Notes: generated by a model from the letters alone, not told the origin. A stretch of 64,000 nt of DNA from Patescibacteria group bacterium (GCA_041674405.1 JBAYVT010000001.1:181032-245031), one strand, 5' to 3'; shown: positions 21,257 through 31,603, numbered from the stretch's first letter. Translations and numbers: made by a program.

Positions 21257-22655
21257 ACTTTCCGCCGAATATTTCATAAATTATTAAACCGATCGTTTTA
21301 ATCACAATTTTCATATCAAACCACAAGCTCCAATTTTCAATATAGAACATGTCATATCTCACCCTCTCCGGAATAGAGGTGTCTCCTTTTAAACCATTGA
21401 CTTGCGCCCAACCGGTAAGGCCTGATTTGACCCTGTGTCGCTTATAATATTCAGGAATTTCTCTCTCAAATTTTTCTACAAAGGTTGGTTGTTCCGGACG
21501 AGGCCCAACAAAACTCATATTACCTATCAATATATTCCAAAACTGGGGCAATTCATCAATGTTTGTCTTCCGAATTATTTTACCAAGAGGAGTAATTCTG
21601 TTCTTTTCATCTTCGGCCGTAGTCCATTTGGCGCCGCCATCTTTAAAATCACATTTATCAATGTACATCGATCTGAATTTATAAACTTTGAATTTTTTTC
21701 CATCGCGGCCAATACGATCATGAGAATAAAAGATTGGACCCCTTGAGGTCAGTTTTTCCAACAGCACAATTATTAGCAAAATCGGGGACAAAACGATAAG
21801 TAATAAAGCAGAAAAGATAATGTCACAGATTCGCTTAATGATTCTACCCCAGCCGTCCAGAGCAATCGTTTGGACATCAAGAAGTGGCATCGACCCGATT
21901 GTGTCGTTTTTGACGCTTATGGTCATTGCGCCAAATATTGAGGGAACAAAGCTCAAAGCTATAGACCTATCGCTGCAAGTTTCTATAATTTGCGCGATTT
22001 TAGTTTGTGAGAGTTTAGATTCCGATGCGATGACTTGGTCGATTTGTTTTTCAGAAATAATTTTTGAGAGCTCAGACAGATTGCCAAGATATTTCAGGGC
22101 CTCACCAGATCTTTCATCGTCTGATGCAACCCCAGCCACCCGCATACCTAAGGAAGGATTTTTTCTGATTTCATTTGCCACAAACGAAGTGACATTATCT
22201 GCACCAATTAAAAGTATATTCCGGCGCCCGATTCCAAATTTTAAAAGATAAATTTGAAGCTGGTCTAGAAGCATTCTGCCAAATGAAATCAAAATTATGC
22301 TAAATGCCCAAGTTAAAAGCAAAATTATTCTTGAAAAAAATGTGGTTTTCGAAAAAAACAAAATCATGGTCAAAATAAGTATAACCACAGAACTTGAAAT
22401 AAAAATTTTGAATAAATCGGAAAACGGGTTTCGGTCTGCTCTTTTTCTATACAAACCAAAGGCGGCAAAAATAATTATCCAAATGGGAATGAGATAGAGT
22501 GCATACTGAAGGTATTGCCAAAATCCATTGCGATTAAACGTTTCGCCAATTTCAAGGTTTATTCGAAGCAAGTAAGAAAATGCAAAACCAGCGATTATCA
22601 TCGCGATATCCAAGGGAAGCAAAACGAATATAAAAAATAATTCGGCTTTCTTCAT
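21234..22655 (-). CDS. polyprenyl-phosphate sugar phosphotransferase (WbaP/bacterial sugar transferase family)
   Basis: Multi-TM N-terminus. C-terminal VGPRPEQPTFVEKFEREIPEYYKRHRVKSGLTGWAQVNG is the classic sugar-transferase signature. Confidence 0.85.
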   Translation of the reverse strand: MKKAELFFIFVLLPLDIAMIIAGFAFSYLLRINLEIGETFNRNGFWQYLQYALYLIPIWIIIFAAFGLYRKRADRNPFSDLFKIFISSSVVILILTMILFFSKTTFFSRIILLLTWAFSIILISFGRMLLDQLQIYLLKFGIGRRNILLIGADNVTSFVANEIRKNPSLGMRVAGVASDDERSGEALKYLGNLSELSKIISEKQIDQVIASESKLSQTKIAQIIETCSDRSIALSFVPSIFGAMTISVKNDTIGSMPLLDVQTIALDGWGRIIKRICDIIFSALLLIVLSPILLIIVLLEKLTSRGPIFYSHDRIGRDGKKFKVYKFRSMYIDKCDFKDGGAKWTTAEDEKNRITPLGKIIRKTNIDELPQFWNILIGNMSFVGPRPEQPTFVEKFEREIPEYYKRHRVKSGLTGWAQVNGLKGDTSIPERVRYDMFYIENWSLWFDMKIVIKTIGLIIYEIFGGKYEYHTRP

Positions 22656-22790
22656 AAATGTAACTTGATTCTAGCTTATATGATACCATTATTCAATAAT
22701 TCGCCGATAATTGGACGATCGTCGATATTTCGACGATAGCTGAAATGAAAAAAGCTCGCGTCTCACAACTTTTTCATTAGGCTGAAATGA

Positions 22791-22815
22791 AAAAAGCCTT
22801 ATTCAGGCTTTTTTC
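22791..22815. terminator. hairpin AAAAAGCC-ttattca-GGCTTTTT downstream of the zinc-ribbon gene; potentially bidirectional
   Basis: 8-bp GC-containing stem flanked by A and T runs. Confidence 0.6.
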
Positions 22816-22848
22816 ACTATCAAAAACAAAAATTAAAAGAGTCTTTGA

Positions 22849-22992
22849 TTAGGCGGCTTTTCCGATTCGGAAAACCTTAGTACCACATGCTGGGCAGACG
22901 CCTCTTGTTGCTGGCTTGCCATTCTTCATGGTAATTTGCTCAGCTGACTGCATCTCAACCTTTTTGCGGCATTTAACGCAATATGCTTGTGC
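22849..22992 (-). CDS. small zinc-ribbon protein (CxxC...CxxC)
   Basis: MAQAYCVKCRKK...CPACGTKV. ATG is preceded by an AAGGAGGTG RBS. Confidence 0.55.
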   Translation of the reverse strand, partial: AQAYCVKCRKKVEMQSAEQITMKNGKPATRGVCPACGTKVFRIGKAA

Positions 22993-23272
22993 CATTTTCT
23001 TCACCTCCTTCCGTGTGGGATTTTTACTTATCTTACGTACATAAACCATTGTATTAGGCGTGGATCACGCTTGTCAAGCACTTTTTCAAAAGAAAATTTT
23101 ACTTTTTTGCCACAGAAATATTCCAAGATATAATATTGGCTCTCATATTGGCTAATTACGATTAAGATATAAAATGCATATAGCTACAATAAATTTACTA
23201 CCATTGTTGTTCCCGACAGAAAAACAAAAATGCAGCAAGAGCCGCATTCTTGAATGTTGCACAATATTCTGT

Positions 23273-23716
23273 CTATTTCTGATTATATCCGACAATATTT
23301 GCCAGTTCCTGCAAAGATTTATCACCGGAATATTTTGTTCCGTTGTAAATCCAGGTCGGGTATCCCTCTATGCCCTTGGCGACACATTCGTCTGGATTTG
23401 CATCCGGTCCTGAAGCATCACACTCTACATAATCAACATATTTAAAGGCATCTCCGAATATTTCCTTCTGGCTTTTGCAATGAGGGCACCAATATGCCCC
23501 ATACATTACCATTCCTTGAGCTGTCATGTATTTTGCAAGTCCAGTGGCGAAATCCTGATCCTCTGTGGTCACCCCTGCTACATTACCTTCGCCGGAATTG
23601 TCCGAATTTGCTTGTTCGCTGCTAGATTTTTTATTGGAATAAAACAAAATAACCAACCCAATTATTACAATAATCACTGCGATAAATACGAATAGATATA
23701 GTGGTTTGTTTTTCAT
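23273..23716 (-). CDS. membrane-anchored thioredoxin-fold thiol-disulfide oxidoreductase (CPHC motif)
   Basis: TM helix. GAYWCPHCKSQKE active-site motif in a Trx-like context. Confidence 0.7.
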   Translation of the reverse strand: MKNKPLYLFVFIAVIIVIIGLVILFYSNKKSSSEQANSDNSGEGNVAGVTTEDQDFATGLAKYMTAQGMVMYGAYWCPHCKSQKEIFGDAFKYVDYVECDASGPDANPDECVAKGIEGYPTWIYNGTKYSGDKSLQELANIVGYNQK

Positions 23717-23738
23717 ATTCTCCCTTTCTGAATAAAAT

Positions 23739-24350
23739 TTATATGCTGCTACCCAAAACTATATCGCTGGTTTCAACAAATGTAAATACGCCATTTCGGT
23801 ATCTATAAGTGGTGCGCAAAGCGTCGGATAACGGATCAAGTTCATAATTTCTATTATCAACATGAATCAAGTTTAAATCATGGTTAATAGCAAAATTCGG
23901 CTCATCCGACACCATATTTGCGGTTTCCCCACTCTCAGTTTTGAATTTAACCACATCAATTTTTCTGTCTTTATATGCCACAAATTGAATATTTTGGCTA
24001 TGAGCGCCAACATTTCCAATCAGGCACAATAAGTTATCGTCGGAAAAATTATACGACACTGGATCACAAAATTTCACCTCATCCTGAAAACCGCTTAGTG
24101 AAACTGACTGAGCAAGAAACCATGATTTCGAAATGGTAAGAATAAATATCGTATTGTCGCCCTCTTTGTAGCTTTTCAAGCTGACCGATTCATCTTTCTT
24201 GTCTTGATCCAGGTTAAGATGGATAATCTTTTCTGAAACGATATCTCCCTTTGGTACATTTCTGGAAAGATCGCCCCTGAAAATAAAAACTAGCGAGGCT
24301 ACCCCCGCCAAACATATGATAAACGCCAATAAATATATTTTTCTATTCAA
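23739..24350 (-). CDS. secreted hypothetical protein
   Basis: Signal-anchor. No recognisable motif. Its start overlaps the stop of the upstream ORF by 4 nt. Confidence 0.5.
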   Translation of the reverse strand: MNRKIYLLAFIICLAGVASLVFIFRGDLSRNVPKGDIVSEKIIHLNLDQDKKDESVSLKSYKEGDNTIFILTISKSWFLAQSVSLSGFQDEVKFCDPVSYNFSDDNLLCLIGNVGAHSQNIQFVAYKDRKIDVVKFKTESGETANMVSDEPNFAINHDLNLIHVDNRNYELDPLSDALRTTYRYRNGVFTFVETSDIVLGSSI

Positions 24351-24853
24351 AATTGCCCTTCCAAAATTACAACTCCCGCTGCTTCCCCCATATTGTTTTC
24401 GCGATATACATATATATGATCATAACTACTCATGTCTTCACCCTTGCGATATTCTAGGTAGTACGTGCCACCATCATCATCCAATTTTCCAAGAAACAAA
24501 GGTTCGGACGATTCATTGGCTGATTTGTATGCCCATCCTTCATATGACCACCCTTGTTCTAAATTTGGCAACTGGGCATTGATAGTCAGTATAAACTCAC
24601 TGTTTGCATAAACCCTTCCAGATATTCCACTCGCTTCAGTCCCCACCGCTTTTAGATTTATTTTTTGGGGAGAAGGAGCTACATTTGTTTGGTCTTCGTC
24701 TTTCGAATTATCTTCGTCTGATGAAACTGGACCATTTGACACTAGGGATCTCTCATTTGAAGTCTTCTGGTCATAAAGATATAGCCCACCCCCCAAAAGG
24801 AGTGCGATTATTGCGACTGCGAGAGCAATATTTGATGATTTCATTTTAACCAC
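24347..24853 (-). CDS. secreted hypothetical protein
   Basis: N-terminal signal-anchor. Co-oriented with the ORF at 23739-24350 and overlaps it by 4 nt. Confidence 0.5.
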   Translation of the reverse strand: MVKMKSSNIALAVAIIALLLGGGLYLYDQKTSNERSLVSNGPVSSDEDNSKDEDQTNVAPSPQKINLKAVGTEASGISGRVYANSEFILTINAQLPNLEQGWSYEGWAYKSANESSEPLFLGKLDDDGGTYYLEYRKGEDMSSYDHIYVYRENNMGEAAGVVILEGQF

Positions 24854-24961
24854 ACTGATTTTTAATCTAGCCAGATAACGATTGATGAATTTTATTTGTG
24901 ATAATTTTTATTTAATCATCGATCTTAAGACTCTTCAGTGAGGGAATCTGAGACAAAAATA

Positions 24962-25195
24962 CTATTTATTATCTTTATCTTCTTCGTTTTTCTCAGCGCT
25001 AACAATAATTTTCTTGTCCTTTTTGAGGAGGATTGAAATTCCAAGAAGAATTATGAATGCCGGCCATACGATATTCCAGACCTCACCAGTAACATATCCA
25101 AGGTTTTGCAGAAGAAAAACAACTCCAACAACGATAAGCACAATTCCGAACCACATATTCGCTCCTTCCGGGTAGTGAAAATTTGACCGCCGCAT
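24962..25195 (-). CDS. small two-helix membrane protein
   Basis: Hydrophobic ORF of 77 aa. Confidence 0.4.
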   Translation of the reverse strand: MRRSNFHYPEGANMWFGIVLIVVGVVFLLQNLGYVTGEVWNIVWPAFIILLGISILLKKDKKIIVSAEKNEEDKDNK

Positions 25196-25293
25196 ACGGC
25201 TAACTACCCACTATTTTATTATTAAAAATTGTCAAACTTCTGCTAACAGGCTTTTGCCTTCAACATGCTTCAGCTACATAATAGAATATATTC

Positions 25294-25899
25294 TCAATTA
25301 TTAAAAGTTATTTTCTCATAAACAGCTCTTGTAGCTTCAACATCACGCTTACAATACTCAATAATTTCATCGCCCTTACCAGAGAGGAAATAATCATAAA
25401 CTTTTCCGCCATCAATCCCCTGCTCTTTCGGCGAAGCAATTCCCAAGATTAAGCTTAGCTTGTGCAGACTTGTGCATCCATTGCTCCATTTTTCCCACTC
25501 CTTCATCGTGTCAAAGATCGGATTATTGCGATAACGGGCAAACGACAAATCCTTAGATGGTTTCACGCCAAGAATGATCGAGCGCTTATAAATAAACCTC
25601 AAATCAAAGTCTATAATGTTGTGCCCGATGAATAAATCAGCATTCTTTGCAAGTTCCCAGAACTTAATAAGAATTTCCCTTTCTTCGCCAGAAACACAAT
25701 CCGTCGGTTTGTCATCGGTGGCATAACCGATGCAAAAAATTCTGCCAAACTCTCCCGAAAGTGAAGTTAAGCGAAAATAATCATCAAATGATATTTTTTC
25801 TTTTGTTGATTTTCTGCTCGTTTCTTCCCAAAGTTTTTTGAGAAGTTCTAATTTATCGCCGGCTGCCGGCAAAGTCTCGATGTCCAAAAATAGTTTCAA
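25294..25899 (-). CDS. DEDDy-type 3'-5' exonuclease (RNase H-like fold)
   Basis: Exo motifs LDIETLP (I), HNIIDFDLRF (II) and YCKRDVEAT (III, YxxxD). Confidence 0.6.
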   Translation of the reverse strand: MKLFLDIETLPAAGDKLELLKKLWEETSRKSTKEKISFDDYFRLTSLSGEFGRIFCIGYATDDKPTDCVSGEEREILIKFWELAKNADLFIGHNIIDFDLRFIYKRSIILGVKPSKDLSFARYRNNPIFDTMKEWEKWSNGCTSLHKLSLILGIASPKEQGIDGGKVYDYFLSGKGDEIIEYCKRDVEATRAVYEKITFNN

Positions 25900-26086
25900 A
25901 AGGCACCTTTCTTGTCTATTATGTAATATGTAACAACTAAAAACGAATAACCATCCGAAAATCAGTTTTGTTGATTAGTTATCAGTTTTGTTATGTTTAT
26001 ATTAATATAGCGCAATTTTTCTGCGATTGTAATATTATGTGTATATCCTGGTCTTTACTTAATAGTTATTAGTTTTAAGTTTCATT

Positions 26087-26644
26087 ATGAAAACCGAATC
26101 TAAACAATTTTTGTTAAAAATCGCTCGAAAATCGCTCGAGAATTACTTTAGGGGCAAAGGAAAATTGAAAGTTGATGAATCTAATGCTCCGGCCGAAACA
26201 AATAAACTAGGAGCAACATTTGTTACGTTAACAAAAGATGGCGAATTGCGTGGCTGCATCGGTTCACTGATCGCGAAGAAAAAAATATATGAGGACGTAA
26301 TTAATAATTCACTCAATGCCGCTTTTTCCGATCATAGGTTTCCACAGCTTGCTGAGTCCGAACTTAATGAGATTAAAATTGAAATTTCGGTCTTGGGTGA
26401 GGCAAAACACATGCAAATCAAATCGCCTAAAACGTTTTTGGAAGAAATCGAAAGGAATAAGCCAGGTTTGATCCTACAGGTTGGAATGAACCAAGCAACT
26501 TATCTACCCCAGGTCTGGGAAGATTTACCGGAACCAAATGAATTTATGTCGACCCTCTCCCAAAAAGCTGGCCTTCTGGCTGATGCGTGGGCTCGTCCGG
26601 ATGCCGAAATCTTTACATATAATGTCGATGATATTCAAGAGTAG
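26087..26644 (+). CDS. AMMECR1 domain protein
   Basis: Conserved LRGCIGSL motif and overall length typical of AMMECR1. Confidence 0.75.
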   Translation: MKTESKQFLLKIARKSLENYFRGKGKLKVDESNAPAETNKLGATFVTLTKDGELRGCIGSLIAKKKIYEDVINNSLNAAFSDHRFPQLAESELNEIKIEISVLGEAKHMQIKSPKTFLEEIERNKPGLILQVGMNQATYLPQVWEDLPEPNEFMSTLSQKAGLLADAWARPDAEIFTYNVDDIQE

Positions 26645-26664
26645 TAAAAGATTTGAGATGCCAA

Positions 26665-27009
26665 TTATTTTTCCCAAATCGAGATCGTAATACATGTGCC
26701 GGCAAGAAAAAGCCAAGCCGGGATTATATATAGTACCCAGTACGTCCCTTGAACGATCGAAGTTGCAAGAACAAGAGCAAATAATACTCCGTAGGCAATG
26801 GCGCCTGCTTTTTTTGAAAACAATGCAACAATCAAGCCCGCAAGAAATAAAATTGTTGGAATAATTACAAGTCCGGAAAAAGCCGCATCATGGGTAGCCA
26901 CATAAGATGCAATTACATACCAAATAGATACGGCAACAAGTAACGCACCGAGAAAAATGCCGAGCCAAAAAATTATCCCCTTTTTGCCTTTCACATTTTT
27001 TGAAGGCAT
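26665..27009 (-). CDS. hypothetical multi-pass membrane protein
   Basis: Three or four hydrophobic helices. No known motif. Confidence 0.5.
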   Translation of the reverse strand: MPSKNVKGKKGIIFWLGIFLGALLVAVSIWYVIASYVATHDAAFSGLVIIPTILFLAGLIVALFSKKAGAIAYGVLFALVLATSIVQGTYWVLYIIPAWLFLAGTCITISIWEK

Positions 27010-27010
27010 A

Positions 27011-27172
27011 TTACTCCTTCGTGTAGATTGCCCAAACGCCGAAGACCACCGCCACTATCAACCATGAAGAGGCTGATAGCCAGACTCCGACTCCAAGCGC
27101 ATCTAGAAGCGCTAAAACCGCAGCGATTACCGACAGCACGATAGCTGTCATTGAAAGTCCTTTGCTTTTCAC
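27011..27172 (-). CDS. possible small membrane protein (about 46-53 aa; GTG start at 27172 or ATG at 27151)
   Basis: Hydrophobic ORF below the track size cut-off. A GGGAGG RBS precedes the GTG. Confidence 0.3.
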   Translation of the reverse strand: MKSKGLSMTAIVLSVIAAVLALLDALGVGVWLSASSWLIVAVVFGVWAIYTKE

Positions 27173-27223
27173 ATTTCCTCCCTTTCCGCCAGCTGGCGGA
27201 TTAACATAACTATCTACATTATA

Positions 27224-27805
27224 TCAAATTCCTGCAATAATTTCTTTGGCGGTATCGAGACTTGCTCCTTTGCGAAGTATGGATTTTGTTTCCAGATCGA
27301 TCAATGTAGACGGAATCTTGATCGTGCAATCGCCCGATACGATAAAATCTACCAGTAATTTCAAGTCATCACTTCGAACTATATCCGGGTCACCAGAAAT
27401 ATTCGCGGACGTTGTGATTATCGGTTCACCCAATTCCTCAATAATTTTTATGATAAGATCATATTTTGGTATTCTTACACCAACCTTACCAAACCCCGCT
27501 GTGATTTTCTCACTAACCAAATCGTTTTTTGGAAGGAGAAATGTGTATGGCCCAGGCAGATATTTACGTAAGATTTTCTCATACTCTTCCGGCAATTTAA
27601 CATACTTCTTAATCATTTCAACAGACGAAAACGCCAAAGACATCGGCTTTGAAAAATCTCTCCCTTTCAATTCAAAAACTTTATCGACGGCGTCTAAGTT
27701 GGAAACCACACAGCCTATGCCATATGTTGTATCCGTCGGATATCCGATAACTCCACCAGAACGAAGTGACTGAACGGCTTTTTTGATAATTACAGCGTCT
27801 TTCAT
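27224..27805 (-). CDS. tsaC: L-threonylcarbamoyladenylate synthase (YrdC/TsaC domain)
   Basis: GGVIGYPTDTTYGIGC and the YrdC fold length (193 aa, no Sua5 C-terminal domain). Confidence 0.85.
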   Translation of the reverse strand: MKDAVIIKKAVQSLRSGGVIGYPTDTTYGIGCVVSNLDAVDKVFELKGRDFSKPMSLAFSSVEMIKKYVKLPEEYEKILRKYLPGPYTFLLPKNDLVSEKITAGFGKVGVRIPKYDLIIKIIEELGEPIITTSANISGDPDIVRSDDLKLLVDFIVSGDCTIKIPSTLIDLETKSILRKGASLDTAKEIIAGI

Positions 27806-27861
27806 TGTTTATTTGTAGCAATTTCACCGCGGTCGCGGAAGAATTACTACATTTTTCATAA

Positions 27862-28953
27862 TTATTTAGTTAGGTCTATCTTTATAGAATCATCTGCAAT
27901 TTTTAATGAGTTAAATTCTTCATCGTCAGGGAAAATGGCTTTGATCCTAGCTAATTTTGTACTCCCGGTGTCAAGGGCTGGTTTTACATTTGTCGAGGTG
28001 AATGGGGAAAATTTCAATGTCATACTTGATTCATCTATGTCTCCAGAAATTATAAGCCCTTGCTGGGTTTCGGGCGAAAAAAATTGATCAAAGACAAAAT
28101 TTCCGAGAGAGTAAATTATCGGTCGGTTATTATAGACTTGTACATCTTGTACAACATGCGGATGCCCCCCGATAACCATTGTTGCTCCGGCATCAATCCA
28201 GGATTTGGCCATGTTTTCTTGTGTTTTATTGTGAATACTTTGATATTCGACCCCCCAATGCGGGATGATAATTACGCGCTCGCCCTTTATAACTTCGGCT
28301 TTGATTGAATTTACAATTTCAGAATTATCCAAACCGACTAGAATGTCGGCTGTAATAATTGCGATTGGAATTTTAGTCTCAAGCTCGACAATATTTGTGG
28401 AGTCAAAATCATTTTGGCTGCCGGAATACTTTATTTCAGACTCAGAGAGAACTTTTTTTGTGTTAGCAAACCCATTTGTGCCAGCATTCATCGTGTGGTT
28501 GTTGGAAAGCGAAACAATATTCAAACCAAGATATTTTAGCGTATCGATAGTTTCAGGCGGAAAGTTAAAATTCATGCTGCCGGAAAGATAATCATCGTTG
28601 ATTTCGCCTGCCGAGATCGGCCCCTCCAGATTTGCAAATGCGATGTCGGAATTTTTAAAAATCGCAATATCTAAATTATCAAAAATCCGGTTTAAACCGA
28701 TATCCTTGTATTTGTGCCAGACATTCCGGTCGAACATCAAGTCGCCACCAAAAGCAAAGGTGGTCTTGGCAATCTCCGCAGGTTTTGATTCTTGTGGAGT
28801 CTCGTTGGCAGAATTCGTCTTAATTTCTGTCGCGCTAGCGGGTTTATCGCTTGTTCTGCTTTTTGAAAAGTAATAAAAACCGCTTGCAACAAGAAGGATC
28901 AAGGCGATAAAAATTAGCAGGCGAATTAATTTTGGTTTTCTTTTTTGTTCCAA
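27862..28953 (-). CDS. CapA/PgsA-family metallophosphoesterase
   Basis: IPHWGVEYQ...GGHPHVVQ...SLGNFVFDQ metallophosphatase signatures. N-terminal signal-anchor. Confidence 0.75.
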   Translation of the reverse strand: MEQKRKPKLIRLLIFIALILLVASGFYYFSKSRTSDKPASATEIKTNSANETPQESKPAEIAKTTFAFGGDLMFDRNVWHKYKDIGLNRIFDNLDIAIFKNSDIAFANLEGPISAGEINDDYLSGSMNFNFPPETIDTLKYLGLNIVSLSNNHTMNAGTNGFANTKKVLSESEIKYSGSQNDFDSTNIVELETKIPIAIITADILVGLDNSEIVNSIKAEVIKGERVIIIPHWGVEYQSIHNKTQENMAKSWIDAGATMVIGGHPHVVQDVQVYNNRPIIYSLGNFVFDQFFSPETQQGLIISGDIDESSMTLKFSPFTSTNVKPALDTGSTKLARIKAIFPDDEEFNSLKIADDSIKIDLTK

Positions 28954-29207
28954 AAATCCTCCGCTTCTGCTTCTAATTTTTCGAGCCGGTCATAGTAATC
29001 AGGATACTCATTAAGATGCGCCAAAGCGATTTTTCCGGTTACAAGAGAATCATCACTGGTTACATTCGTGGCTTCATCGCGATTGCCATGTTCTAATTCA
29101 ACACCCATCCCCTTGCGATACTGCTCAATATCAAAACGCGACCAATCGATGCCCAATCTTTCTCCAATTTCTTTTGCCTCTTCCGCAGAAAATGATTCCT
29201 TTGGCAT
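28926..29207 (-). CDS. hypothetical protein, DUF5661-like
   Basis: EQYRKGMGVELEHG motif. Overlaps the start of the CapA-like gene by 28 nt. Confidence 0.45.
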   Translation of the reverse strand: MPKESFSAEEAKEIGERLGIDWSRFDIEQYRKGMGVELEHGNRDEATNVTSDDSLVTGKIALAHLNEYPDYYDRLEKLEAEAEDFWNKKENQN

Positions 29208-29233
29208 AATTTCTCCTTCATGGACTTTATAAA

Positions 29234-29809
29234 CTATTTAAATAATATCATATGAAGATTTGACCAATTTGAGACTATTAATGATATTAAAATAATATTG
29301 GCAACAGGAAAAATAATTAGATTTTCAAACCAATGCCCGGTTTCGATTCTGATTCCATCAAATGGCTTAGGCGGAATGCCGAAAAAGCGTTTCCAAGGAT
29401 AGAACAATGGGATTCCCTCAACCGTAAACATGTCGGCTAAAAGATGGGCCAGATAAGCAAGCCCAAAAGCTATGATGACCGGAGCCGGTAAAACACCCCA
29501 ATACAAGGGAAGCGAATTCAGCAGTAAAATTATCAAAATATTAAAGATTGCATAACCAAGAATTGAGTGTGTGATATTACGATGTTTGATAAACGGATCA
29601 ACTAGATGGCCAACCGCGTGCCCTGAACCAAATGGTAATTTATCCCAAATTTCCGAAGCCGGCTGGTCGATATCAGGCAAAAGCGCACCAAAATAAGAGA
29701 ACAATAAAACCGCTGCAAATGTCGCCGGCATATAGCTAGCATCTTGCATTGCAATAAAGCTTCCCATTCCTATTGTGATACCAATTGCTTTATGGGTTTT
29801 TCCGGTCAT
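29234..29809 (-). CDS. membrane-bound metal-dependent hydrolase (YdjM/DUF457-like)
   Basis: Multi-TM protein with an LLPDIDQP motif. Confidence 0.55.
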   Translation of the reverse strand: MTGKTHKAIGITIGMGSFIAMQDASYMPATFAAVLLFSYFGALLPDIDQPASEIWDKLPFGSGHAVGHLVDPFIKHRNITHSILGYAIFNILIILLLNSLPLYWGVLPAPVIIAFGLAYLAHLLADMFTVEGIPLFYPWKRFFGIPPKPFDGIRIETGHWFENLIIFPVANIILISLIVSNWSNLHMILFK

Positions 29810-29889
29810 TTACATCCCAAATAAATAATATGGAAACAATCCAGCATTCCCGATAAAATAGATTATGAGAAAATTATATCAAACCTTTT

Positions 29890-30564
29890 ATGAGACAGAA
29901 ATTACTCCGAAAATATTCAATTATTATTATTGCGATAGCCGCCACGCTTTTAGCAATTTTGATCTACCTTGTGTACTATCATCCAATTTCACACATTGAT
30001 ATTGCCTTTTCCCGAGATTTGCAATCGGAAGGTGACACAGGTTTGAGCCGAACGCTTTTTTTTAGCATATTTAGGTCCATCAGCTTTTTGGGGATACCAG
30101 TCGTTGCCGGAGTTATGATTGTGCTTTCTGCTCTCTTATTCTGGTTTTTCGGCTATTTCCGTGAATCAATTTATATATTGATAACTGTTGTCGGTACTCC
30201 AATTGAAGAACTAGCAAAACTGATCATCGGCCGGCCGCGGCCTCCAGCTGATGTCGTCAAAATAATCGACCAGCAATCCTCTCCGAGTTTCCCTAGTGGG
30301 CACGTAGTTTTCTTTACAATTTTTTTCGGATTTTTGATAGCTGCGATGATTATAAATAAAAAAATAAAACTCTGGATTAGAGTTGCATTAGCATCAATTT
30401 CTACAATTTTGGTGGTTTTAGTTTCTTTTTCGCGGGTTTATCTCGGATCACATTGGATATCCGACGTTATCGGAGGCTACCTTGTAGGAATAATCATACT
30501 TTGTATGATTTTGTATTTTTATCTAAAACCAATATTTAAAATATCTGACCGAATTAAAATTTAG
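29890..30564 (+). CDS. PAP2-family phosphatase
   Basis: KLIIGRPRPP, PSGH and SRVYLGSHWISD: the three PAP2 motifs. Confidence 0.8.
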   Translation: MRQKLLRKYSIIIIAIAATLLAILIYLVYYHPISHIDIAFSRDLQSEGDTGLSRTLFFSIFRSISFLGIPVVAGVMIVLSALLFWFFGYFRESIYILITVVGTPIEELAKLIIGRPRPPADVVKIIDQQSSPSFPSGHVVFFTIFFGFLIAAMIINKKIKLWIRVALASISTILVVLVSFSRVYLGSHWISDVIGGYLVGIIILCMILYFYLKPIFKISDRIKI

Positions 30565-31285
30565 CTAAAATAAAAGCAGCCAGAAATCCTAAAACGGTAA
30601 TTATTCCGATCGAAAATCCACCCTCCTCATATGCTTCCGGCATCATCGTGTCCGCTAACATGGCGAGAATTGCACCGGCCGCAAACGCTTCGATAATACC
30701 AATGTTGTTCGGATCGATGTCGGTAAGAAATATGTAACTCAATATTGTTATCACTAGAGTTGTGATCGCTACGATCGCCCAGGTGGTGAATATTTTTTTG
30801 TTGGAATAGCCCTCTTTCTTAAGCCCAGTAATGGATGAAATTCCCTCCGGGAAGTTGGATATAACGATCGCCATTGCCATCAGGAAGCCCCTGCCATGCC
30901 CCGCAAACAAAGATATGCCGAGAGCTGCCGATTCGGGTATTCCATCCAGAATTGCCCCCAGAGTGATTGCGCGGCCATTGGTTATTGCACCAGTCTCGAT
31001 CATTTTTCTTCGTTTGTGATTACGTCCTCCGTAAAAATGAAGTAAATAATCCCCAAGAACATATGCCAAGCCACCGATAAGAAAGCCGATGGTTACAGCA
31101 TCAAAACCACCAAAAGAAAAGGCGTCTTCCATTAGCCCAAAGGTGAGGGCGCAAACCAAAACCCCGGCACCAAATGCCATGAAACGAGCTATTACCCGTT
31201 GTGAGAAATTAAAATATATGCCGACAGCTGCCCCACCGACGAGTGCAAGTCCAGAAATTGCTCCATATAAAACTGCATATTCCAT
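30554..31285 (-). CDS. ZIP-family divalent metal transporter (ZupT-like)
   Basis: Multi-TM protein with ISNFPEG and HGRGF metal-binding helix motifs. Confidence 0.75.
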   Translation of the reverse strand: MEYAVLYGAISGLALVGGAAVGIYFNFSQRVIARFMAFGAGVLVCALTFGLMEDAFSFGGFDAVTIGFLIGGLAYVLGDYLLHFYGGRNHKRRKMIETGAITNGRAITLGAILDGIPESAALGISLFAGHGRGFLMAMAIVISNFPEGISSITGLKKEGYSNKKIFTTWAIVAITTLVITILSYIFLTDIDPNNIGIIEAFAAGAILAMLADTMMPEAYEEGGFSIGIITVLGFLAAFILAKF

Positions 31286-31372
31286 AAAAATATTTTATCA
31301 AATTTAGCCATTAAAAAGAAACTCCCGCCCCCGGAAACCGGGGACGGGTGACGAAATTCGCGGGGACTCGGC

Positions 31373-31603
31373 CTAGAGGCCGGCAATCCCATTCGCCATT
31401 GCTGGCGAGAGGATGGTGTTGCCAGAGGATGACGCTTCGACGGAAGTTCCGCCACGCCATCGCTCTCCGGCAATGTGTTGGCCAACCCACATCGCGTGGG
31501 CAGCCTGCTGCTGCGGAGTGGGAGGGGAGCAAACCACGGCTCCCTTCGACCTCTGTCGGCGGAAGTACTCCTCCGCCTCTTCCCAAGCAGGGAAAATCAA
31601 CAT
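31373..31603 (-). CDS. possible small protein (77 aa) in a GC-rich island
   Basis: ATG sits 5 nt after GGAGGTG. The region is open in several frames because of its high GC, so the call is weak. Confidence 0.3.
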   Translation of the reverse strand: MLIFPAWEEAEEYFRRQRSKGAVVCSPPTPQQQAAHAMWVGQHIAGERWRGGTSVEASSSGNTILSPAMANGIAGL

